The notes under the pieces were generated by a model. The model was not told where the DNA came from, did no database searches, and saw nothing but the letters and a program-made list of their open reading frames with translations. Shown here piece by piece: positions 1 through 12,704 of a stretch of DNA of 64,000 nucleotides. Each line of letters begins with the position of its first letter. Position 1 is the first letter of the stretch. The stretch is from Eimeria praecox (taxonomy: Eukaryota), in the NCBI GenBank assembly GCA_963920595.1, contig OY986948.1, positions 5,084,001 to 5,148,000 on the forward strand, in the 5' to 3' direction. Both the position numbers and the translations under genes were made by a program.

Positions 1-2700
1 GGGAATGCTGAATACGGAACCGGCATGGAGCAGCGGAGGGCGCGTCAAAAAGAGGAACGACCCTCAAGTTTTATGCATATGACGGGGACGGGGTTTGAAG
101 GCACGACGGTTCTGCAGGCCACATGGAGAAGCGTGCCTTCGACTTGAAATGCCTGTCCTAATGACACTGGCCGTTTCTTCCCCCTCGTTTTACTTTCAGT
201 GCTGTTCCTGTCCTGATGCTGCGACTGTAGTGGTAAGGAATGCCTAACGAGGGGTCTTGTTTCTGGTCTTTAATACGCGGCCCAAGCTGATATATCTGCT
301 TTTGTACTGTTGCGAATTATGCATACGTGCAAAGCGCACGAAAGCTGTTGGAAGGCACTTGGTTTCTAGGATGTGAGTGGCTTGTAATAGCTTGCAGAGT
401 GAGAGAAAGCGTACCAGGGGTGTACATCCGTAGTGCTTCCAAGTCTCTTGCTCCGCAAGAAGCTCACGTTAAAGGGTAGAGGCGTTTCGCAGGTTGTCCA
501 GCAACACCGCTGGAGGCTTCAGGAAAGTGCTGCTAATGCTTGCTTCAGCAGGAATATTCGCATGAAATCGTAGTGTAGCGCACGATGTCAGCTCAAGGCG
601 TTCTTCTAAAGAAAATGGGAATTATGTTACTTGGCGCTTGAGCTTACAGGATGTATATGCTCAGTGAAGGACTGCCGAGTTAAGTGGCAGGAGTTTGCGT
701 CAAGCGTGCAGACTTTGCTTTCAGGCTTAAAACAGTTGTGCGAACAAAACGATGAAGGGAACTGGATAGAATCTTTACGCGGCCGGGTAAAGCCGTAAGA
801 CTACTGTTGGGATGGGGTGGCTTGATCAAAGTAGAATCGCGTTTTGCGCGCTGGGTACATGTTGGAAGCGCCTCTTTTGAAGCGCAAAAAGCGCAGGTAG
901 TACGATATAGCCTCTCCGATTTTGGGGGGGTTGGTGCTGGGCAGACGAGATGCGTGAGGTGGAAACGGTGGGGCTTAGAGCTTAGGGGAAACTTACTTTT
1001 CCTTTTCAGGGCTGCTCAACTGTGCCGCAAACAAGTTGCTACAAGGACTCAAAATATCTTATCGCTTTTCAAGTTTAAAAGGCATATGCAGACGACACAT
1101 GCCTGTGGTGGGAGTGCCGTATATTTGGGCACCGTTAAGGGGTTTAAAATAAATAATCTGTTAGAGAGGGGAGGCCTTCACAGGAGAAGCCAGAATGCTT
1201 TCAGGATGTGCGTTTTCCATCTGTGAAGCCGCTCCTGCTTAACGTCGTTCGATGCAGCATGGGACGTTTGAGGGGGAAATATTGTTTGCCTCACTTCCTG
1301 AAAAGTGCGTCGTCGCTCGTTTGAGCATCTGATATACTTGCGTTTGGCGGCCAACTGGCATGCCTTGCCTTGGTGAGAACAAGCCAGAAGCGGCTTTAAG
1401 CGTTGAAGACTTCCATCTGAGATGTTGGTGCTGCAGCGTCAATGGTCTGCAGTGCTGCTGCAATACTGAAGAGCCTGCGAGGTACAAGCAAAGTGTGCAA
1501 TTTTCCCTTGGAGCACGGAAGCGCCTCCGAGTACGATATGTGCAAGGAGCTTTGAGTTGCCATTCTCATGTTTAGCGTTAGTCCGCAAGTAGCTTGCTGA
1601 GGATCACCGAGTTTTACGGATTGCGCAGCGCGATGACATTATTCCGCATTGCTAAACAACACATGAGGCGAATTATTGGCGTAGTTACTTTGATTTGTAG
1701 AAGGCTGCTCAGCGGTACGTGCTTCTAGCAAGCTGCTGGTGTTGCAGCCAGTGCGTTCGGTCTGTGGAAATCCTCAGAACTATCTTTTCAGTCAGGTGCA
1801 ACTGGGAGGATTTGGTATTTATTGGTCTCACGAGGAGCCAAATCGATAACCTGGAGTGTGAAGCGCACCAAACACAGATAGTGAGGAAGTGGCGGTACTC
1901 CCAGGTTGCTCCATCTCGCCACTGGGTTTTGGCCTGGGGGCCTCTAGCAAGCCCTTGCTGTCATTATGCGTTTCTGCAATAAGACCTGTGTGGTAACAGG
2001 GAAAGCCCTTGCCGCTACTGGGAAAGTCCTTGCAGCCACACGATGTGCCTCAGCATTACAACAACACTGAATAAATTCCGTTCTAAAACAATGGAAAACC
2101 CAGCCAATGAAATTGTTGGATTCTTCCCCTTCATGATTGGTCCAGACAGTGCGTCTAGATATTTAATGTACGCAGGCATACGCTGCACAACGCTTCCTTT
2201 GCCGCTCTCGAAGTATTTCGCAATGAGTTTACTGTGTGCTTCGAAGGGCGTGAGTTCGCTTTCTTTGAAGAGGTACAGTCAGGCAAAATTTTAACAGTAT
2301 TTGCTTCCCTGGACGCAGTTCCGTTCTGGTTTACTAGTTGGTGGACTTTTGTTAAGCACTTTGTACGGGTTACTCCTACGCGGCACTCGCGTCCCCAGCG
2401 TTTGCGAGGGTCGCGAACTGGGGGCTCCTCGCGCCTATGCGGAGAGGACGGGGTACGTGCCTGGCGAACAGGTGCTTGCTCGTCAAGTATTCGATCACCG
2501 CAGGTGGTAAGCGTAGACCATGAATCTGCAGGCTGGCAGGAACTAAATGCTGCAGTGGCCAGTGGGCAGGCCCGTAAACTGGGTTCTGGGTGAAACTGCT
2601 GGGTGATACGTGGTTACACCTTGCGCAACAATTTTTGAATAGGCGTGGATCAATAGTAATTCGTTTGCGTAGGTGTTCGAGATAGTAGTGCGCAAAGCTT
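1..2700 (+). mobile_element. Highly decayed Ty3/Gypsy pol remnant (RT - RNase H - integrase), truncated by window start
   Basis: Collinear degenerate motifs across frameshifts: VKKRND..LCI..RGL (~44-100; cf. RT VKKKDG..RLCIDYRGLN), SRFARW (~837; cf. RNase H RxARW), NYW....AAQRYV..SC..C (~1671-1745; cf. integrase HHCC YWW....DV.RYV.SC..C), WEDLVFIGLTRSQ (1803-1841; cf. WEDISMDFI.GLPR), LLPWTQF...TLYG (2301-; cf. LPWAEFAYN...LYG), YVPGEQVL (~2454; cf. F.PGD.VL). Many stops. Boundaries approximate. Confidence 0.65.
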
Positions 2701-3149
2701 GCTTTCTCTCGCTTAGCTCGTGACAACTCCATGCGAGGCTTGTGCACTGCGGCTTAACGTGACAGGAGGTAGGCGTGCAAATGCTGGATGTGCGGACGGT
2801 CATGCCATGCTCAGCCCTCGAAACGGTTTACCAAGCAGACAGAGGCCGTAAAGCCTCCTCATTTCCAGAATCCAATGCATGTGTGTGGAAGACTGGAAGA
2901 CGCAAATGGGCCCATTTTGAGCGACACGGGAACTGGGATGCTGACAAGGTTTCAACGAAGGCACGCCGGTGCTTGCCAAAAAGCCTGCGTTTTAAAGAGA
3001 CGAACGGGGTTTCCAGACCAATGGGAGACCTTAGTCACGGAGGCTTGGAGGCTTGCTAGGGTATTTAACTGTGTAGCTTTTTACCACGGGCTATGAATCA
3101 ATATCTCTTTCTTGTAATCAATTCTATCCAGAGGAATGCGAATAGGCTG

Positions 3150-4500
3150 AACAGCAGTGTCACGTGAGACGCACGTCGTTATATCCGGCTGCACACAACA
3201 CAGAAGGTGCGTAACGTTGCTAGCATCGTTCCATCAAAAGGTGACCACTGCAGCTCCTATCCCAATAGCACATGCGGCTCTGCGCACACGGCGTCTCGCA
3301 TGCAATGCAGTTGGCTTTCTTTGCTTTCTGCTAGGAGGTAAAGGAAGGACTCGGGGCACTGTAAGGCTAAATTACGTCTGAGAGAACAGGGGTGTAGGTG
3401 GGGAATGGGACAAGCTGAGCAAGGTAGTACTTTGGGATCAGCTGATCGTGCAGACTGCTTTGCTTCAGGAGGGCTTGGCCACTGATGTGCATCATTGGCA
3501 CTGTCACGCAGCCTAGCCACTTTCACACAGGGGTTGTGCTCGGATAGTGTCGACAGCCCCAATGAGCATTCCGGTATCTCTTGCAATACTCAAATAATGC
3601 AGTACTCCTGTTCCACCATTGCTATATGTGAAAAGGAGCTGGCATACACAGCGCTGCTCCCAGCGCCAATACACTACCTCGCTACTGCTCAGGGGGTACG
3701 CTTGCGACACCAGGCGTTACTACCAGCTGACCTGAACATCCTAGATTTGCACCTACATACGACCGTAACTGCGGTATATGATCAGAAAAGCTTGGACACG
3801 TTCCAACCTCTGCTGGGTTCATTCAGAGAGTATGCCTAAGTATTGCGGAAACAGATGGCAAGCTCGTGCAGGGAGCAAGGATCAGAAATTTGGCAACTAA
3901 CAATTCGTAAAGCCTGACGATCCTTGCTCTCATATGGACTCAGAACCGAAATATTGACGAAGGCAGACAGCCATGCACTGAACCAGTCAAACGGGAGGGC
4001 CGCTACTCCGCGACGGGCACGCATGCGCAGAACAGTGCCACAATAGACTTTGCGGAATGTGCGGTGTACGGGTATTACAGGGCAGAAAGCACATGCTGCG
4101 TATCTAGATGCCTACGAATGGCACATCATGCAGCTTCTTCTATATTTTATTTTTGTTGTGCTGCCCCTATATATCGGAGAGACAGCGTTTTGCTGCACAG
4201 TTGCGAGCGTCTTCGGGACATATTCACTACAGCTGAGCTGGCATGCTAACTATTGACTAGATGATGCTGACGCACTAGCAGAGCCGTTACCGGAACCAGG
4301 CGGACAAACAGCATCGGCAGTGGGAAGCAAATAACATAGGTGGTGCGTCTGAATTCAGTCACGTCCGTGCCGACGATACCGAACACAATTTGCAGAAATA
4401 AACTGAAGATTTGGCCATCGAATTCACTGTGACATAATCTGACTGCGCATCGACCAATTTCGTCTTTGTCACACGGCAGTAGATAGACTCTTGGCATCCA
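3150..4500 (+). mobile_element. Decayed Gypsy pol fragment: RT C-terminus, RNase H, probable integrase remnant
   Basis: ORF 3157-3381 has AVGFLCFLLGGKG (cf. V.FLGF.I...G). ORF 3495-3839 has CEKELAYTALLPAPIHYLATAQGVRLRHQAL (cf. RNase H EKELLAIV.AL..WRHYL.G.....TDHQAL). Weak TAHRP at ~4442 (cf. TAYHPQ). Confidence 0.55.
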
Positions 4501-5199
4501 GAGTGTCACATGGGATAGCGCCACAGCAGTAATGCACATCGAACTAGATACCACTATATTGGTTCTGCTACACGCTGAATGCTTGTTGAGTGCTTCAAAT
4601 CAATTCACCATGACGTGATGGGCTGTAGTTCAAATTATGGTACTGCCTGCATGACATTCCTGCTTTGTGGCAAAGAAAGTGTGTCTGACGGCCAGGTTGT
4701 TGATAGTTGCCGTGAATGGTGTCACGCAGGTGGTATTTAGGGCAGTGCGCCTGCCAAGAGGCTGCTAGTGAATTGCAGGACAGTGCTGCCTTGCTTCTGT
4801 TGACGGTGCAGAATGTGCGTTTGGCCATTGGGCAATGTGCCCGTTGACAGAAGGTAACACCCCCAGACACAGAACCTTTAAACGCAGTTTGAGGTATAAC
4901 TGATGGCTATTGACCCTTCAGTGATGTCGCGCAGCTTGTACGCATTGAACAACGCACACGATCGCAGAAAAGGTGACTGGTTGAATGGCAGCAGCGGTTT
5001 ATTCATGTTTTGCGAACTGGGAGCATGCATGACCTGTGACGCAAAAAACTAGTCAAATTGCTTAGAGTGCATAACCTTACGTCGCATACAAAGGAGCTGG
5101 CCGCCTGCAGCGGACTGATTGGAATGCACGCATGTTGCCGTAGCGAGGCAGGAAGCAAAACCCAGAACGCGAACTACCTTTTAGCGTAATTGCATAGGG

Positions 5200-6300
5200 A
5201 CTGCGCAGACTGGCAGTGGCCCTGTGCTCCAATCAACGAGGCTATATGGGCAGCTTTTGCGGATAAAAAGACGGTGGACCGCTGCGCAGAAAGAGCTGTG
5301 GACAAGGGAATGGAGGGGGGCAGTCGGGTTGCGAAAAGGCTTACGTGCCACTGTAGATGAGCAGAAACGACTAACGGCTATGCTACCGTAGCAGGGGGCT
5401 CCATGCGCTTACCGATCCAGTGTCTGGGATGAACAACACTCAGGCTGTGGGTTTACAAAGACCTACTCCGCACAATCGTGCTTCCTTGATACTCCATCAG
5501 GGTCAGCTGGTAACCTCCCCGCATCGCATATGGTGGTGTAGTGCAAATGATTTAGGCCGGCATCCCCCATAGTTTCTACTGGTCCTCAGCATCTGCTTCC
5601 CTACCAGGCGTGTCTTGATACCGGGCAAATTTGATGCCTGCCAGATGAACCCAGTATGAAAGGTGCTTCTTGCTTAACGCTTATGCAACATTGCTTGTCA
5701 GATTTAACGTGGAAACGTGGACTGTGCCCCAAGCCCAGGCGGCGTCTGTGCGGTTACTGTTTTGGGAATAAGGAAGTGCGCCTGGAGGCCAAATATTTGA
5801 ATGCTGGAGAACACGATTTCTGTAGCATATTCAAACCTGCATGCGCCAGAAGCGTATAATCGTGAAGCGAATGGATGGGCGGCCTTGTTTCTGTTGACGG
5901 CGCAGAGGGTGCGTTGGGTCAGCATGCAAATTGTGCAATGAGACAAGCTAACGTCCCACGCCACGGACAAATTAAACTCATATTCATATATGAGGTTTCG
6001 TATTGGTGGGTTTGGGCAATGCGCTGTTGGCACGCAGATTGTACGCATTTTTAAGCCCACAGAAGCATGGATCTGAGCGCTTAAACGATATTGGGGATTT
6101 GTGAATGTTAGCTAATCCCGGTACGTTGATGGCTGGTGATGGCGGCGGAGAGTGGGGTTCCTGCATTCGGCGTTATTTTCATTTATGGAGGCCTTTGGGG
6201 AGTCAAACACACATGATGGATGGAGAGTGTTTGACGCTGCTCCAAGAAATGCTTTGGGAATGGCGGGGAAAGCGTGCTAGTAGTAAATAGCGCTTGCAAA
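5200..6300 (+). mobile_element. Decayed Gypsy RT-RNase H fragment
   Basis: KDGGPLR (~5268), SCFLDTPSG (~5476; cf. TAF.TP.G), LCGYCFGNKEVRLEAKY (ORF 5656; cf. LG..I...GVRPDP.K), VSVDGAEGALG (~5887; cf. V.TDAS..ALG). The last motif has a diverged nucleotide paralog at ~4788. Confidence 0.4.
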
Positions 6301-8099
6301 TACGGATGTGCATGAAGGTGGGCGCTGCCGCAATAATGCAGCAGGCTTACCTGCACGGGTGTTTGGCGTTTGGCATGCCCGTAATATAGCAAGTGGGTTT
6401 GCAGAGCTGCAAACTGGTGGTCAGTGACGGTAGATAGGTGGGATTTGGCGCCCTGTGCCGACTTGGAGTGTAGCTTGCGGTGTCAGTTGTAGATGTCTTG
6501 TTGAGTATCAAGGAAGAAATTGACTGCTGCAAGGAACCTCAAAAGCATCTATGCACCGCTAATCCAAGCCTTAATGTGGCAATACTTCTGAACAGCGACG
6601 GGGCGTGCTGCCTACAGTCACGGAGTATCTTCCGCTAACGGTATGTGCTTGACTGTACTCCCTCAGCGTCATGCGTCAGATCTAGATTTCTGCTTAAAAA
6701 CTAGTAATAATTTTTACAGTTAGTGAGCATGAAGCTCAGGCTGGTGGCTGCTAGGTTGTGCAATGCTTGGCAAAGATTTTTTTTCCGTTTTGCTATACTT
6801 GGTGCTGCTGCTTGAGGAATAAGAATGACAAGAACAATGAATTTCGAAGGAGGCGCAGCCTGCGCAAGAGTTCGCCGCAGCATGTTTGGGCTGAGGTGCG
6901 GCATTTTGATATTCGGTGAGCATACGGCTCTGTTAAATGCAACGTCGGGGTAGGTACAAATGATGTAGGCTTTGCGCTTGCATGCAGATCGTTTTGTTGC
7001 CTGAACAACTCCGAAAACCCCACAGCAGCTGTTAGTGTGATGGACGCCCAGTGCAACAGCGCTGGGGGCCCTGCTTTCCCAAATGGCTTGTTTGAATGAA
7101 TATTCATGCTGGGAAATGTGTCCACAAATGCAGGAGAGCCAGCACGTCGATGCTAATTTGCACCTTTCGAAGCGAATGCGTTTAGGGCTGAAATGAGCCT
7201 TGGGAAATGCTGACGTGCTGTGCGAAGCGCACGCAAAAGAAGTGTTCCTTCCCAGCATAGGTCCGTTGGTACTAAGGCGTTTCAACTGCATTTGCGAAGG
7301 ATGGAGCAATTCCATGGAGCGGTATAAATAATTCCCTGGAAACAGAGGTGGGCTTGTATCTGGACACGCGAGCCCCGCCTTTGCCCACCCAGAGAAGAGG
7401 AATGGGTAGGCTTTTGAAACTCTCGGTCATGGCGGCCATGCGCTGGATGCAGCCATTCGATACTCAAAGGCCTCCATGAAGATTATGAACCGGCACGTTT
7501 TTTCAGAAGATGACTGCTTTGAATTTATGAACAGGATGCATTTGAAAAGCTGCGTAACCTGATGTGCGGGGAAGATTGGCTGCCTGCCCTAGCCAGAGTT
7601 GAGCGAGGTTGGCAGCCACGCGTCAGGCTTGTTGCCTCGCATAAGCCCCCAAAGTTCCTCCGTGGAATTAAATGTTATTGGCGTGCTGTACATGCCTTGG
7701 TCATGTACACATTAACGCTCCGGCTGGCAAGGAATGGAAAGCGCCACGCTTAGTATTGCGAAGTAAGCATGATTTCTCAAAAGTGGCGTCAAAGACTTCC
7801 GGAATGGACGCTCGTAGCTCGTTTGCCCCGGGACCTGTCCCACGTTCCTTTATGGTTTAAAATTTTCCTTCACCATAGTTGAAACAGTGTTTTCAGAAAA
7901 CCCATGCCTTGGGTTCCCCAAACATGTCACTTGCTTTTTGAGGGCCACAGTTGGAAGCGTTCGCGTTTTTTATGCAATTCAAAAACTAAATTAGACTGCA
8001 GCAGCTTTGATCTCCCTTCGTTGTATCTTTTAATACCAAGGAGCTGTCACGCGGTAGGGGAAGACCCGTTTGGATGCTGTGCAACGGCAGGGCAAATGT

Positions 8100-9650
8100 G
8101 AAACTCTGCTACTAGCACAGGCACGGACTCTAATATAGGCAGCTTCCGGGAAAGCGACGGCAGCAGGGTGGAGAGCGCTGGCACCGCCAAACAGCTGGAT
8201 GTTGTAATTCCACAGCTAGTCTGTCAAACGACCAAAGCTGATTGGCGTAGCGGCAAACAGCAAGGCTGAGAGGAGTCTGGCATCGCGAAATGCGACAGCA
8301 GACACGGCGAATGGCAGCCGAACGCCTTACACATTGGGAAGGGGCTTACCCCTTGTGTCCAGTCGTCCCTACTGCACCTCCCCACTGCTGAATTATAACT
8401 CAATGTAGCACAAACGATCTTCCTGCGCTTTGTGGTTGAGAAAACAGATGCAGTGCAGTAGGGGGAGGCTCGTGTGGATGCCGTCCAGCGGTGGAACAAG
8501 TGTCAAAATGCGCTACTAGGCGAGGTGTTGAAACACGTATTGCAGCAAATTTGCAGGCAGGGTAGATACTTACGTTGGTGGCTTCTTGGCAGATACTGTG
8601 CAGCACGGTGGGCGGCTGGCACTGCCAAATTGTCCAATGTGTCAAGCTGTCATGTGGTTGTCAGTTTTCACATTGTTTTGTTTAACTACGCAGCTAGTAT
8701 GTGCAGCGACCTAACTTGGTTAGGTCGCTGGTTTTTGCTGCAATGAACAAGATGGAGGATGGTTTTGAATTGCAGAGTGCTGGGGGGGCTCACGACGAAT
8801 ACCGAGCTTCTTTTACTTTGAGGAGTGCGGCCGTTGTGGGCAGTGGCATCATCCGCACTTCCGCATTGCCAGATTAGATTGTACATACAGCAGCTATAAT
8901 CTCCCTGCACTGCATCATTAAAATAAAGCAGCTGCCGTATAGTAAGGAGGCTGTCTATTGGATACCGTACAGCGGCAGTAAAAATGTGGAGACTTGTTAC
9001 TAGCCGCGGCGTACAAGCGCGAACTGCCGTAGTTGTTTCGCCTGCAGGCTTGACGCTCAATCAGGCAGGTCTCTGGCAGATGGCATGCGGTACCGTGGAC
9101 GGGTGACAGTGCCAAAGTTCCAGATGCGTCAAGCTGTCGGGACGTTGCCAGTGTGTCAACTGTTTTGTGAAATTACCCAGCTAGTATGCTCATCGGCCAA
9201 ACGTGGTTGGAGCAGCATGAGCGGCAAGGCCAGCAGCAGTTCTGCATTGCGAAATGCTAGGGAGCACGATGCGTGAACGCCAAGCCTTTTACACATTGGG
9301 GAAAAGCTCGGCCGTTGTGATTGGATGGGCACTTCCCATGCGGAAGAATTTGTGAGCCACGGAGTGGGTGTCCTTTCTTCTAGTAACGGTAGGCCAATAC
9401 AATTCTGGTTGCGCCAGCACTTGCCAGATTCTAATCGAAGCTTTATTGTGCTGCAAGAAAATATTTCGATACGTTATTCATGGCAGCTTCGAAAATCACG
9501 TGCACTCGCTCGCTGGCAGCTCAGTTTGGGGCATGGTGTCTGCGTTGCACGATGTTCGCTATGGAGGCCCGCTTGCCCAGGATAGAGTGCGTTTCACAGT
9601 TTCCACATGAGGCCCGCAGCTTATTTGCACACTTTTCTCTATTCAGGAGT
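8100..9650 (+). mobile_element. Two diverged tandem RNase H remnants with an RT remnant between them
   Basis: ORF 8474: DAVQRW...GRYLRWWLL. ~8793: DEYRASFT (cf. DE.KTAFT). ~8878: LYIQQL (decayed VYIDDI position). ORF 9325: GRPIQF...RALARWQLSL (cf. RPIAF...RLARW.L.L). Nucleotide paralogy: ttacacattggg at 8327 and 9289. Confidence 0.5.
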
Positions 9651-11799
9651 GGCTAGTAGAACAGGCTTTCTACGGGCTTACTCAGTTGCTTTCCGCATTT
9701 CCATGGCAGCCTTACATGGACACTGGCAGCACGGATTGCTGTGTGGGAGATATGAGGGCGCTTCAGGGAGTGCGTTCACAAGTGAAAAACAAGTTCATTT
9801 TACGTTTGAGGCAAGCATGAAAACACCCTCGTAACGAGTGTCCTTTGGCTGAATTCCGAAAAGCAGCATCTTCCGATCGAGCTGCTCGGCAAGTAAATAT
9901 GTAAGTGACGTTGTTGGTCAACAGCCTAGCTCGCACACATCACGAATTTCACATGCAAAGCTCGGAAGGCAGGTGACAGTTGAGGCGAAAATGGTGGCGA
10001 TGGTTAGGGGTCGAGGAAATGTTCCGTTGCTTAAACGCTGAAGGAACAGCTCGCTGATGTACAACGCTGTTTCTTCTGGTCGCTTGGAAAGGAAAATTCA
10101 GGTGCACGTTTGCGCTAACACAAGCACCACAGTGAACGTGCACACAACTTTCTACTTAACGGTTTATGGCATACAGTCTTCATCTAGTTAGACTTCAAAA
10201 CGGAACTAAGAGCTTGCGATAGCGCACCCATGTGCGCACGAATGCTGCAGCAGAACGTTGAAGCTACATGAACTGCGTCTCGTGCCTTTCTCGCTTGCAG
10301 TAGATGGGTTCGGTTTGCGTGTATTTAGTATGCACCCTTGTGTTGGTGTTATTCCGTTAATCGCATGGCTACTGGTACGTGCACTGCGTGGACCTGAGTT
10401 ACAGGCGAAATGTAAGACAAGCCGTGCCCATCATTCGACTGGCGAAGCGCATCGCCTAGACTGGACACAGTAATTGGTAACGAGGAGCCATCCAAGTACA
10501 CTAGAGCTTTACCTGACGGGGCAACTGGCACTGCTGAGTGCCCCCAAGCATGCATTTCAGAAAATAGCCTTGCATCTGCGGAAGCACCAGAATAAACGGG
10601 TCGAAGAGATGCAGGCCTTTCGCTGACCATACAGCATAAATTTGCGTCTACCTGTCCGTGCAAAAATGAAAATCATACTTCTGTCGCGAAGAGAAGATAT
10701 CCGCATGCGCGTATAAGCTATTCAAAGGGTGTGATGACGCGGTAAGGCCGCAGCGGTTCAAGGTCCCCCTTAGCGTCATTTATGTTTGCCACAGTGAAGA
10801 AGCGCTCCTGTGGCTATCTATGGCTCATGCATTTCCCCTTTAGATTTGTTTGACTGTGGAACAAAAAGCACAAGGCATCTTCGTTGACACCCTTTTTCGC
10901 TTATGCGTACGGCAGGAGGATGCTTGCAGTCGATGCCTTGCCAGCTCAATGGGAAGTATGCGCATCTCTCAACTTCCCAGCGCTGTTGTCTGTATAGGCA
11001 AGCAAAAATGTTACATATGGCGTGCACAAGGAAAGCTGCCACTAGATGTTTACGGCACTGCTCAATGGGTTTCCCTTGCCAGTGTAAGCCATACGCTGGC
11101 CAGTAGGTACTGCCGATGTGCAACTACAGATTGACCTCCCTGCAGCTTCGGCATCGTGTGAATGATAACGGATGGATAGACCACACGCGCATAGATTTGT
11201 GGGGGTGCAACGACCATACAGGTGCTCATGCAAGACACCCCAGAATCAGGTGTTCCTTTAGCCACCATGCTTGCTACACGAGCAAGTTGCCAGACATCCT
11301 TGGTTGGGATGTCGTTGCATGCGCAGGCAGTGCGTCGCGAAAAAGCTTGTGACTGCGATAGTGGGCAGCCACAGCACACACTGGTTGCCTAGGTCTGCCA
11401 GCGCAATTTGGCCTGCCCTTCGTGGTGTAGCGCGGTGTGCGCTAAGCAATCAAGTTACTGACCATTGCGCCAGGATGGTGCTCAGCCCCAGCCTCAGGGT
11501 GTGCAAAGTTTAGCGAGCGCTGCGAGGCATCACAGCCGACAAAGTGGCGGCCAGTATGGGATACCGGGGAGAGCGTAACAAAACTACTGGAGCCCAAAAT
11601 GCAAAGGCACAAACCTGTGAAGAGCGGCACCGTCTTCGCCTTGCGGCCACAAGTGGTGAGCCAGTTTGGCTCCTTCATATAAGTTGATTTCCAAGTTCCT
11701 TTTGCTGTGTAAGCCTTTGAGTTGCAGTGAGATGCGGCTGGTTCTGCGATTGCAGTGGTGTGCAGGCATCGCGTGTATGGATTGAGAAGTGCTTTGAGG

Positions 11800-12704
11800 G
11801 GCCCGCTGCGCATTCCCTTTAGCGTTTTTATCTGTGTAGATAGCTGACCCGTAGCTACAGGGTGGGAAAAGGGTTGCGCGCATCTACGGGTGGGTTGGGG
11901 TGGGCAGTTGCTCCACTCGTACTGAGACCACCGTGTACGTGACCGTCAAGCGTGCAGCTCACGTATTAGCCCTATGGAGCCAGCAGCAAGTGCGTAACTC
12001 GGGCGACACGCATAGAGAAGGCTAGGAGAGGAAACAGCAGGGAAAACAGGCCGTTCCAGCAGTGATGCCGAGCAGAATACTAGTCGGCAAGTGGTGTGCG
12101 CCGGCGAACGCTGCTTGGGGGTGCTGTTAAACGTGGTTAGCGATTCCACGGAAACACCTGCTGAAGCAGACATTTGTTGTATGGGAGGTGTCTTGAGCGG
12201 TTGTGCTGCGCTCTGCCGGAACAGCAGTTTTCTGGCGAAGTCACCTGCGGTTCGCGGTTCCGAAAGTGCACTGGTGAAAGTGACAACTTGCTTTTCGCTC
12301 CGTTTGACAAGTCCGACGTCGAAATGAAATACGGGATATTCGGAGTGCACAAGGCGTTGGCTACTAGACAAGGAAGTCGCGTAACTGCGACCTCAATCTC
12401 TGGCATGTGTAGCAGGTGTCTCGATTTGTCTTAGTCGGCTGGGAGAGGACCATCTACTGTGCCTCGTGAGCGCAACGAGGTCGCTGGAGGCAAGCATGCG
12501 TAGACGCATATTGGTGCAAAGCGGCACTGCCTCGGTTTCACTGAGCATAGTGGTACGTTTCGGCTTCGCCTTCGGTAGATGGGTTGACGTCCAGGTTCCT
12601 GTGTGTTGACAGGCATTTGATCTGCGGACAGTGAGTTGCGACTACCTCTGTGGGTGCAATAGTATCCACTAATATACTTCGCCATGCATTTTGTGTGGAA
12701 GGTT
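11800..12704 (-). mobile_element. Older diverged RT remnant immediately left of the 962-bp array
   Basis: ORF 12431 (-) has EPGRQPIYR (cf. pre-RT EPG..P....YR). ORF 11946 (-) has KQVVTFTS...LLFRQSAA...VSVESLTTFNSTPKQR (cf. KTAFT...MPFGL.NAP...VYLDDILIFS.T.EEH). 12620-12704 aligns by eye, with many mismatches, to the last ~85 bp of the array unit. Confidence 0.5.

Noticed and set aside
6701..7315. Longest ORF (204 aa) as a real gene
   Set aside because: It has no recognisable domain, its Cys/Ser/Ala-rich composition resembles the other noise ORFs, and I see no supportable exon structure.
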